Source: Clostridia bacterium (GTDB lineage Bacteria; Bacillota; Clostridia; Christensenellales; Aristaeellaceae). From it: a stretch of DNA of 64,000 nucleotides. Position numbers and translations under genes: made by a program. Under the pieces are notes generated by a model, which made no database searches, had not been told where the DNA came from, and saw only the letters and a program-made list of their open reading frames with translations. Location of the stretch: assembly GCA_045658005.1 (NCBI GenBank), contig JAZOUD010000143.1, positions 1,130-65,129 of the forward strand. Reading direction: 5' to 3'. Shown in pieces: positions 48,327 through 57,533 of this stretch. The stretch's first letter is position 1. Every line of letters starts with the position of its first letter.

Positions 48327-50255
48327 ATGGCAGAGATCACAGAGCGCAGCGCCGTCTTTACCGACTACGACAGCTACCTTTTCCACCAGGGAACGAACTA
48401 TGAGGTCTACCGAAAGCTGGGCGCCCACCCGGACATGGAGGAGGGCGTGAAGGGCACCCGGTTCAACGTCTGGGCGCCGAACGCCCAGTATGTTTCCGTC
48501 ATCACCGCGAAGACCGGCTGGGAGGACGAGAAGTGGATGCACCGCTGCGCGGGCGACGGCGGCGTGTGGGAATGCTTCCTGCCCGACGTTGGCCCCGGCG
48601 ACGCTTACCGCTACGTCATCACCGGCCAGGACGGCGTGAAGCGCTACAAGTCCGACCCCTACGGCTTCTGGTATGAAAAGCGCCCCCAGAGCGCGTCCAT
48701 CGTCTGCGCGCTGGATACCTTCGTCTGGGACGACGACATCCACCAGGCCCAGCGGGACAACACCAAGGTCGTGGAGCGCCCCATGTCCATCTACGAGGTG
48801 CACCTGGGCAGCTGGAAGAAGGGCTTCCAGGGCGACTGGGATGAAGACGGCTTCTTGAACTATCGACAGCTGGCGGACGACCTGACCCAGTATATGACCT
48901 ACATGGGCTTTACCCACGTGGAGCTGATGGGCATCTGCGAGCATCCCTTTGACCTGTCCTGGGGCTACCAGGTGACGGGCTACTATGCCCCCACGTCCCG
49001 CTACGGCACGCCGGACGATTTCCGCTATTTCGTGAACGCCATGCACAAGGCGGGCATCGGCGTGATCCTGGACTGGGTGCCCGCCCACTTCCCGAAGGAC
49101 GCCTTCGCCATGGGCTGGTTCGACGGCACGCCGCTCTATGAGAACAGCGACCCGCTGCGCCGGGAGTTCCCGGTCTGGGGCACGCTGGCCTTCGACCACG
49201 GCAAGCCGGAGGTGCGGAATTTCCTGATCGCCAACGCCATCTACTGGATCAGGGAGTTCCACATCGACGCCCTGCGGGTGGACGCCGTGGCTTCGATGCT
49301 GTACAACGACTATGATCGCAGCGAGTGGCGGCCCAATGTGTTCGGCGGCCGCATGAACCTGGAGAGCATGGACTTCATGCGCCAGCTGAACTACGAGGTC
49401 TGCGGCCAGACCACCGGCTTTTTGATCGCGGAGGATTCCTCCGCCGAGTGGGGCATCACCGAGGACGTGACCCACGGAGGCCTGGGCTTCACCTTCAAGT
49501 GGAACATGGGCTGGATGAACGACACCATCCGCTACATGAACCTCGATCCGGTCTATCGCAAGTGGCACCACGGCAACCTGACCCACATCGCCGACTACGC
49601 CTTCACGGAGAACTACATACTGGTGCTCAGCCACGACGAGGTGGTGTACGGCAAGGGCTCCATGGTGAACAAGGCGCCGGGCAGCGAGGCCGACAAGATG
49701 GGCGAGGTCAAGACCCTCTACACCTGGCAGTTCACCTTCCCCGGAAAGAAGCTGCTGTTCATGGGCCAGGAGTTCGCGATGAGCCGGGAGTGGAACGTGA
49801 AGGAGAGCATCGACTGGCACCTGGCGGACGACTTCGTCCACCGGGACGTGATGCAGTGCGTCAACAACCTGTTGCACGTCTACAAGAGCCATCCCTGCCT
49901 GTACATGGACAGCAAGAACCCCACCACCTTCGAATGGGTCAACCGGGGCGACGCTGACCGCAACATCGTGGCCTACTACCGCCGCAACCCCTGGAACTAC
50001 GACGGCGCGGTGCTGGTGGTGTGCAACTTCTCCCCGATGTCCTATCACGACTACACCGTGGGCGTGCCGATGGAGGGCTATTACAACCGCATATTTTCCA
50101 CCTACGACAGCCTCCCCGGCCAGGGCAACCCCGCCGAGATCGGCGGCATACCGCCGCTGACCGCCCAGTGGCACGACTGCGACGGTTACAGCCACATGCT
50201 GACCTACAGCCTGCGGCCCTTTGAATCCGTGATCATCGAGTTCCCGACGAAATAA
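48327..50255 (+). CDS. glgB: 1,4-alpha-glucan branching enzyme
   Basis: 642 aa with the motifs GFTHVELMGI, DWVPAHF, GFRVDAV-like IDALRVDAVASM and FLIAEDS. Confidence 0.9.
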   Translation: MAEITERSAVFTDYDSYLFHQGTNYEVYRKLGAHPDMEEGVKGTRFNVWAPNAQYVSVITAKTGWEDEKWMHRCAGDGGVWECFLPDVGPGDAYRYVITGQDGVKRYKSDPYGFWYEKRPQSASIVCALDTFVWDDDIHQAQRDNTKVVERPMSIYEVHLGSWKKGFQGDWDEDGFLNYRQLADDLTQYMTYMGFTHVELMGICEHPFDLSWGYQVTGYYAPTSRYGTPDDFRYFVNAMHKAGIGVILDWVPAHFPKDAFAMGWFDGTPLYENSDPLRREFPVWGTLAFDHGKPEVRNFLIANAIYWIREFHIDALRVDAVASMLYNDYDRSEWRPNVFGGRMNLESMDFMRQLNYEVCGQTTGFLIAEDSSAEWGITEDVTHGGLGFTFKWNMGWMNDTIRYMNLDPVYRKWHHGNLTHIADYAFTENYILVLSHDEVVYGKGSMVNKAPGSEADKMGEVKTLYTWQFTFPGKKLLFMGQEFAMSREWNVKESIDWHLADDFVHRDVMQCVNNLLHVYKSHPCLYMDSKNPTTFEWVNRGDADRNIVAYYRRNPWNYDGAVLVVCNFSPMSYHDYTVGVPMEGYYNRIFSTYDSLPGQGNPAEIGGIPPLTAQWHDCDGYSHMLTYSLRPFESVIIEFPTK

Positions 50256-50267
50256 GCCGGACAAAAT

Positions 50268-50300
50268 GCAGGGGCGGCATTGCGCCGCCCCTGCGTTTTT
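50268..50300 (+). terminator. Rho-independent terminator of glgB
   Basis: An 11-bp stem, GCAGGGGCGGC / GCCGCCCCTGC, is followed by GTTTTT. Confidence 0.8.
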
Positions 50301-50327
50301 CAACCCGTTTATGACTGCTCCGAAGGA

Positions 50328-50672
50328 TCATTTGTCATAGCTCTCGAGCAATTCAACGATGCATTTCAGCTCCGGCACGTCCAGATAGTTGTATTCGCCG
50401 CTGCCGTCGCCATACCGGCCGTGCTGGATCAGCTTCAGGCCCGCGGCCTCGGCATTGGCGACCTGCCGGGCGGAATCACGCACCTGCAAGGCGATGTGAT
50501 GCATGCCTCTCCATGCTCGTTCAGGAAGTTCCTCCAGGTCGACGGCGCCTCGTTGGGCTGGATCAGCTCCAGCTGCAAGCCGGGCCCCACGTCGAAGAAG
50601 GCCATCACCTGTTTTTGAGCATTTCCTATAAATTGGCTGGTATTCTCTAATGGCGACACTCTTCTTTAACAT
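50328..50672 (-). pseudogene. VOC/glyoxalase-family (methylmalonyl-CoA-epimerase-like) gene remnant with at least two frame disruptions
   Basis: One frame reads ...KQVMAFFDVGPGLQLELIQPNEAPSTWRNFLNEHGE. Another reads GMHHIALQVRD...CIVELLESYDK. The junction is near 50505. The N-terminal beta-strand with the first metal ligand is missing. Confidence 0.6.
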
Positions 50673-50739
50673 TCATATGATATAGTTACAAAGATATCTT
50701 GCCATATATCCGATGATTATGAATGGGGAAGATGACACA

Positions 50740-51534
50740 ATGAAGAGATCGACTCATATCATTGCATTGCTGTTGGCGGTTCTTTTGCTCTGCCTTTGCC
50801 CAGCACGGCAAACCATGGCTGAACCCGCGCCCGCCGGAGGCCTGACCGCTTACCCGAACGAGGAAGGCAGTACGCTCCACCTGGCCTATACGGACGCGCG
50901 GTCCGACTATCCGAATCTCAGCGACGCGGCCTTTGCGAATTTCAGGATGGTTGCCACCACCGGCATGGGGGAGGGAACGCTTTACAGGACTGCTTCTCCC
51001 ATCGACCCGACGCACAAACGCAACAGCTATGCAGACGCCGCGTTGAAGATGGCCGGGGTCGCGACTGTCATGAACCTCATGGACAGCCCGAAATTCTTAA
51101 AAGCCCATGGGGGATACAGCGATAGCTATTATGCCACGACAGATATCATTGCGCTGGGCATGGGGACGTCCTTTGATACGGCGGAATTCAGGAACAAGCT
51201 GGCCGAGGGACTGCGGTTCTTCGCGACCCATGAGGGTCCCTACGCCGTGCACTGCCAGGAGGGCAGGGACCGCACGGGCGTGGTGGCGGCGCTCCTCGAA
51301 TGCTTCATGGGGGCCGATTACGATGAAGTCAGGAAGGACTACATGTCGACCTTCTTCAACTATTATGGCATTGAGCCCAGGGACGCGGACTATGATCCCG
51401 CCGAGTACAGCCTTCGCCCGGATGTCTTCCCGGAGGGCGCCTATCACAACTACGACCTGTATTTCTTCTGGAACAACCTAAAGGATAATATCGAAGTGAG
51501 AACAGCGGCCTACCAAAGGGGAAACAAGGGATGA
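50740..51534 (+). CDS. Secreted protein-tyrosine/dual-specificity phosphatase-family protein (CX5R)
   Basis: The start at 50740 gives a signal peptide, MKRSTHIIALLLAVLLLCLC. The active-site loop is HCQEGRDRTG. Confidence 0.75.
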   Translation: MKRSTHIIALLLAVLLLCLCPARQTMAEPAPAGGLTAYPNEEGSTLHLAYTDARSDYPNLSDAAFANFRMVATTGMGEGTLYRTASPIDPTHKRNSYADAALKMAGVATVMNLMDSPKFLKAHGGYSDSYYATTDIIALGMGTSFDTAEFRNKLAEGLRFFATHEGPYAVHCQEGRDRTGVVAALLECFMGADYDEVRKDYMSTFFNYYGIEPRDADYDPAEYSLRPDVFPEGAYHNYDLYFFWNNLKDNIEVRTAAYQRGNKG

Positions 51535-51545
51535 ATGGGATGTGA

Positions 51546-53078
51546 TCTGCGAAGGCCAACAGGCAACAGCTTGGACTGGTTCGAACCAATGAGAATTGCA
51601 CCGGCTGCAACAAGTGTATCCAGGTCTGCGGCGTGATGGGCGCATGCGTTGCCACGGACGTCCTCGAGGACAACCGATCCTATATCAAGGTGGACGGCCG
51701 ATCACCTGCTGGAATACCTGCGCGCCCATGACATATCCGGCGCGCCGTGCACGGACGAGCTGCCCTATGAGCTGGGCACCAGATGGCCCATGCCAGGAGG
51801 CCTGTCCGAATACGCCCGATGGCTCGTGGGGGGACGACGTGTTTATCCGGCAGATCGACGGCGAATTGAAGGTCATCGAGTATCTGCATTCCCATGCGGA
51901 GGAGATCAAAAGCCGGAAGACGCCCTATCTGTTCATCGACGCGCTGAACTGCGAGCGAGGCTGCCTCTGCGGAACCGCGACGGAGCTGAAGCACGTCCGT
52001 TCCGACAATGCCCTGTACCAGCTGATCGGGCTGAAGCGGCAGGCGCGGGCCAGGAGCGCGCTCACGGAGATGACCCCCGAGGCGCGCATGGCGGCGCTGG
52101 ACCTACGCTTTCAGGATCTGGATCTGAAGGACTATGTTCGCACCTACCGCGACCGGTCCGGCCCGCTGGCTATGCGCCAGCCCGGTGAGGAAGAGCTGTC
52201 AGAGGTCTTCCGGCAGATGAATAAGGACACGGAGGAGGCACGAAACATCAACTGCACGGCCTGCGGCTATCACAGCTGCCGGGAGATGGCGAACGCGATC
52301 TACTACGGCTTTACCCGCAAGGAGAACTGCATTCACTACCTGAAGGATTCCGTGGAGAGCCAGCGGCGGAAGCTCCAATATGTCGCGGAGCACGATGATT
52401 ATCTGGACGTCTACAACCGGCGGGCGTTGATCGGCAGGGTCGAGGCACTGCCCGAGGCTTCCGAATACGCCCTCGTCGACATCAACCTGAACGGCTTCAA
52501 GGGGATCAACGATACCTATGGCTACAGTGAAGCCGACAAGCTGCTGGTTCAGGTCGCGGAAAACCTGAAGCGGGCCACAGCGAAATATGGCGGGGTGGCA
52601 CGGCTTAAAAACGATGAGTTCCTGCTGCTGTATCCGGGCAGGAGGATCGACAGGGGCGACCCTGCGCTTCAAACCCTGACGGAGGCGATCGAGCGCCCTG
52701 TAATGGCTGGAAACGACCGCTTTCACATGACCGCAAAAATCGGCGTCGCTCTATGGGGAGAACCTGAAGGCCCTGGCGGAGGAGGAGCGGCAGATCAAGC
52801 AGGCCATTCAGGAGATGCTGGAGAATGATGGCTTCTACATGCTCTACCAGCCCCAGGTCGATGTCAGGACCAGGCAGCTCGTCGGCTTCGAGGCCCTCGC
52901 CCGGACAAAGGGGCGCGACCTGCCGCCGGGGAAATTCATACCGGTCGCCGAGAAAAATGGACTGATTTGGAAGATCGGGCGGGTGACGACGGAGCTCGTC
53001 GTCCGGCAAATCGCCGCCTGGCGGGACGCAGGCAGGAAGCTCTATCCCGTATCCATCAATTTTTCCATGCCGCTGTGA
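51546..53078 (+). pseudogene. Wreck of a 4Fe-4S / Fe-hydrogenase-like sensor-GGDEF-EAL signalling gene
   Basis: No start codon is present. The fragment NENCTGCNKCIQVCG lies at 51588.. in frame 0. DHLLEYL...MPGGLSEYA follows in a second frame. DDVFIRQIDG...NCERGC...GGDEF-like (KNDEF) follows in a third. The start of an EAL domain (YQPQVD...FEALAR) follows in frame 0 again and stops after about 88 aa. Confidence 0.65.
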
Positions 53079-53141
53079 TCACCCGGGCCGGCGTCAACGG
53101 CATGCGGCCGTCTCTGCGGTGCGGATTGAAGTACGGTCTCG

Positions 53142-54233
53142 TCATTCCCTGAGGGCGTACACCCACGGCTCGGAATCCTCCGGCTCCAGGGCATACCGCC
53201 TGGCCGTCAGGTGATCCCACTGCCCATTATCATTCTCATCGGAGAAGGTGAGCACGGTTCCAACGCCGTTGGTGATATACCCGGCGTTCATGTAGACAAA
53301 GCGAAGCGTTTGGGTTTCGGTGACCAGGTCGTCGCCACGCTTTCGCATGGTCTTGCCTTCAGCGGCCACATCCCGGCTTTGAACGGTCAATGCTTCGCCG
53401 GGCATTTTCAGATAATTAGCCCGCTCCACGGCCCTGCCGCTGTCTCGCATTTCCACCGTGTGATTATGGCCCCACAGGAAGACGATGTCATGGCTTTCAG
53501 AAGCTGCGTTCAAAGCCTTCGTCCACGTCCACGCGCCGGCATTATCGCCGCGGTTCGCGTGCAGGGGCACGTGAGACATGACGATGATGGGGCGATGATA
53601 CTCCAATGTGTCGACCCAGTTCAGGAAACGGCGGCTGGCCGTTTGTGCGGATACGCCGTTTGGATCCACGCTGTCTTTTCCTTCATATCCCAGGGCCTGT
53701 TCGTCACTGTCGTGGATCATCTGGGCAAATGTAATGCCGTAGACAAAATACCCGCTGGCAGAGACGGGGCCGGAGAAAAAGGCCGCGTCATAGGGATCTG
53801 TCGCATGGATATCGTGCGACCCATAGGTGTACAGGGTCTGCACGCTCTCACCGAAGACATGCTTCACCTGCGCGTCTACAGCCGTCATGGAAAAATAGGG
53901 CGCGCCGATGGGGTGGCCGCTCGCGTCGATGGATCTATCGCCGCCATCGCCCACGTTGTCGCCGCCCAGCAGGACGATCTCCGGCATGACGCCGTCGTCT
54001 GCCACCAACGCCAGCACTTCCGTCAGGTGGTTGTGCCAGATTAGATTGCCGTCGGAATCCTATACGGGCAGCTTCTTTTTGGGCCTCTTGCCCCCGCTTT
54101 CTTCTGGAGAGGCGGATTCCGTTTCATATTTCGCATGTCGATCCGTCGCAACAAAGATGGAGGTGTCCGCAAGCGCAGTGCCGATGCAGAGAAGCATTGC
54201 GAGGAGGGCAACGCAAACGCACTTTTTATTCAT
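53142..54233 (-). pseudogene. Secreted metallophosphoesterase interrupted by an in-frame TAG (54060-54062)
   Basis: ORFs 54060..54449 and 53142..54017 are in the same frame. The continuous read is MNKKCVCVALLAMLLCIGTALADTSIFVATDRH...KKLPV*DSDGNLIWHNH...LLGGDNVGDGG...GHNH. RBS AAGGAGAAAGGA precedes the ATG at 54233. Confidence 0.7.
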
Positions 54234-54310
54234 GTATCCTTTCTCCTTTGCCATATGTTTATCGCACATTCCCTGAACAATGCCGCCGGGCGGCCCCTTA
54301 AACGCAATAT

Positions 54311-54342
54311 ACAAATAAGGCACTTTGATACTATCAAAGTGC
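54311..54342 (-). terminator. Rho-independent terminator immediately 3' of the tRNA fragment
   Basis: On the minus strand a perfect 10-bp stem, GCACTTTGAT-AGT-ATCAAAGTGC (54320-54342), is followed by CTTATTTGT. Confidence 0.7.
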
Positions 54343-54353
54343 TCATAAATCTG

Positions 54354-54396
54354 AGGTGCCCCATCGGGGATTCGAACCCCGACACCCTGATTAGAA
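54354..54396 (-). pseudogene. Orphan 3' half of a tRNA-Arg(UCU) gene (anticodon loop to acceptor end), probably an att-site scar
   Basis: The minus strand reads CTTCTAA-TCAGG-GTGT-CGGGG-TTCGAAT-CCCCG-ATGGGGC-A-CC. That covers the anticodon loop (TCT at 54392-94), 3' anticodon stem, variable loop, full T-arm, 3' acceptor strand and discriminator. No complementary 5' anticodon stem, D-arm or 5' acceptor strand follows. Confidence 0.7.
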
Positions 54397-54824
54397 GTTA
54401 CAAATATCAGAGCACGAATTCGCTTCTTCCTATAGTAACAATTTACCATAGAAATTCTTGTGCGTCAGCCTGTGTTTCAGCTTAAAGTCGCAGTAATCCC
54501 CATCCTCAAAGCAGGGGTGCTTTCGGTAGAGCGAGGCGCCGAGCAGACCGAAATTCACATAATCCAGGTTGCAGAGGTAGGGCATGTATTCTTATTTCCT
54601 CCATCGTCACGCAATAGCGTCTCAAAATATCGCCCTAAAATCACCTCTCCACACGCACTAAATGCCGGTGGCAGAAGAGAGCCTCGCTTCGCCGATGGCG
54701 GCTCCTGGAAGTAACGACATGGACATAGAGCCGGACGATATCGAGGTTTCGGACACAGTAACGCTGCTGCGGGAGATCGAGTAGCTTTGCATAGTAACGA
54801 CATAAAAGACTATCATGACCGGGG

Positions 54825-57521
54825 ATGAATAGGATGAACAGCTTTTTAAGTGAACTGTGCGCATGGCTGGATCGTGACAGGCTCGGTAAAAAGGTACTGC
54901 TGTGCAGGAGCGTGGAGACAGGCAACCAGTTGCTACGAATGGCCGCTGCCCACGGTACGCCCGCCGTGAACGCGCAAGCTGCGTCTGTCCAGGGATACAT
55001 GATCCAGATGGCAGAGCCTGTGTTGATGGCCAGGCAGCTTCAGCGCATCGATCATATTACAGCATCCATTGCGCTGCAGAAGATCATGGGCACCGTCGGC
55101 GACGCCTTTACCACGCTGGGCAAAGTGGAGCTGACCACCGCTGAATCTGTTCTTCCGCAGTTGAATGAATTGGAGCGCAACCAGGTGACGCCCGATCAGC
55201 TCGAAGCCGTAGGTGAGCCGCTGCTGGCAAGCGTGTGGCGGGAGTACATGGGCTGGATGCAGGACAATAGCTATGCCTCGGATTTACAGACATTGGAGGC
55301 TGCCGGGGTGCCGGAACATGTCTCTCATGCTATGCTTTCCAATCTCCAGCTTTCCCAGGTCGAGCAGCAGTTCATTCGTAAGATTCCCAGTGAACGTCTA
55401 ACGATCATCCATATGCTAACGCCGAAGGGTGATCCGGTACCACGCGATGCTCTCAACCAGTCGCCGGAACCGTGTGCGCATGATGCGCCGATACCGCGCT
55501 GCGTCGATTGTCAGGATATCGGCACGGAGGTTCGCTGGGCCCTCCAGCATCTCGTCGAAGACAACATTCCCGCCGAGGACGCTGTAATCGTGTGTCCGGA
55601 CGACGCCTATGGACTGCGTGTCGAGGAGGAGGGCAAGCTGATCGGAATAACCGTGGATTCTGCCTTCGGCATGCCCGCGACCATGACAAAGACGGCGTTG
55701 CTCATTCGCTGTATCCTCGATTGGGCCGGGAAAAACTATGACGTCGAGGCCTTGAGGCCGGCCTTGATATCCGGTGCAATGGCGCTCTATAATGACAGCC
55801 GTGAACGCGTCATGCTCGGCCAGGAGATGCTGCGCATATTCCGCAGACGAAACGTCGGCTGGGGCGCGGAACGCTGGGCACAGCTGGCCAAATCTGAAAA
55901 GGATCGATACGCCCTTGTTGGCAGGCTGATGGATGCCTGGGTGCAGTTTTTTGAGGCGGAAGACAGGCCGGTCAGGGAAATCGCTCAGCAGCTGACCGAT
56001 CTGCTGAACTGATGCATGCTGCGCGGCATTGAGAACGATTTCTACCTGAATATCGTCGATGAAGTCAGCAGGATATATGGCGGCACCATGGATGCCTATC
56101 AATATCTGAGCATTGTGGAAGTCATCGCGTCTACACACAAAATCGCTTCTCAGACCACTGAGACGCCGGGGCATGTGTACTGCTGCCGTTACGAGGACGC
56201 CCTGTATGTCAACCGCTCACACTTCATCATGCTCGGCATGAGTTGGGATGCTTTTAACAAGCTGAGCCGGGAATTTCCGCTGCTTCACGACGTGGAAAAA
56301 CAAGTTCTCTCACCATCCCTTCGACTGGTCGCGGACGGTGCGCTGGAGCGGCGTTACGCGGTGCGTGAGCTGCTGGCAAACCGGGAGGATGCTTGCGTCG
56401 TATTCAGCCGCGCCCGTATGGATCATGTGGGCGGTGAGGACATCATGGCTGCTTCGATCTACGACGACGCGGCAAAGCGGTATCCGGAGGCAGAGGTGTC
56501 CCAGATCAATATCCTGGATCGAGCGCCTTTGACAGAACTGGACGTCCACATCAGAAGCGGCTTTGATATTGTTGAGGATAAGCTCGTCATGGATGATGGC
56601 CAGGAGGAGAAGTGGAAGCAGGCGTTCGATGAACGTATCTGGTCGGCAACATTGCTTGAAACGGCCTATGACTGCCCTCGAAAGTTTACGCTGTCGGAGC
56701 AGATGGGCGTTACCGAAGAACAGCCCCAGCCGCTCGAGCAATACGCTCAATCCTGGCTTGACGTAGCCGACCGGGGCAGCATCATCCATGAGGTGCTGGA
56801 GCAGTATTTCAGTCAGACCGCGCCGAGGGTGAGCACGGCAGATGAATCGCTGCTGAGAAAGCTCGTACAGGACAGTGTGGCGAAATATAAAGCGAAAATC
56901 CCTATCCCATCCAATCTGAAAGGTATCGACGCAGAGGTGGACAGCATCATCGACGTGGTGATTGAAGAGGCGAACGCCCACGCGAACGACTCCAATCGCA
57001 GGACCATAGGCACGGAGATATCATTCGGAAATGAGGAGCCTCTGGATCTGACGTTTGGCCCGTACACGATTCACATGAAAGGGCGAATTGACCGTGTGGA
57101 TCAGGTAGAGGATGGCTATGAAATCATCGACTACAAGTCAGGCAGGCCGAGAAGATTCCGAAGGGACTTCGATATCAAGCTGCAATATTATCTGTATACA
57201 CTGGCATGGGAGAAGCTGCATCCGGATCAGCCGATTCGCCGGGCGACGTATGATCTGGTTGACGGCATAGGCGGCGTTGAAAAGAAGACGGTTGAAATGA
57301 CGGATGCCGTTCGGGAGGACATGAACCAGAAGGTCACCGAGCTTCTGGATTTGCTGGCCGATCCGGTATCCGCCGTCATCACCCGGCAGGAGATGTGGGG
57401 AGACGATTTCACATGCCCCGATTATTGCCCATTCAACGATATTTGTAACAAGATAAGGTTTCCAAAGCAGGATGAACCCGGTGAGTATGACAGCGCCCCT
57501 GAAGAGACCGATTTTGAATAA
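54825..57521 (+). pseudogene. addB: AddB-type helicase-nuclease subunit (PD-(D/E)XK plus Fe-S) split by an in-frame TGA at 56010-56012
   Basis: ORFs 54825..56012 and 56016..57521 share one frame (...QQLTDLLN*CMLRGIEND...). The C-terminal part has CPRKF, GRIDRVD...IIDYKSG and the cysteine cluster CPDYCPFNDIC. The alternative start at 54834 has better RBS spacing. Confidence 0.7.
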
Positions 57522-57533
57522 GGAGCAGTGCAC

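Noticed and set aside
54354-54440. A complete tRNA gene (possibly intron-containing) on the minus strand
   Set aside because: Only the anticodon loop, 3' anticodon stem, variable loop, T-arm and 3' acceptor strand are present. Upstream, the required CCTGA (5' anticodon stem), a D-arm and GCCCCAT (5' acceptor strand) are all missing. The alternative CTGAT/ATCAG pairing leaves a 14-nt loop. I therefore called it a 3' fragment.
54430-54585. Small minus-strand ORF with a good RBS (MPYLCNLDYVNFGLL...) running into the tRNA fragment
   Set aside because: As written it is only 28 codons. A longer protein-like reading (…GASLYRKHPCFEDGDYCDFKLKHRLT…) requires a frameshift. It is probably the decapitated 5' end of a lost gene, and it is too short and uncertain to annotate.
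54710-54803. 11-nt direct repeat AGTAACGACAT (54710-20 and 54793-803) upstream of addB
   Set aside because: It is a single pair of short repeats with no associated palindrome or promoter geometry that I could support. It may be a regulator site, but the evidence is too thin.
56010-56012. TGA recoding (selenocysteine, or genetic code 4/25) to explain the in-frame stop in addB
   Set aside because: Many well-supported genes in the window end at TGA at the expected length. No hairpin resembling a bacterial SECIS follows the codon. The position is not a redox-active Cys context.
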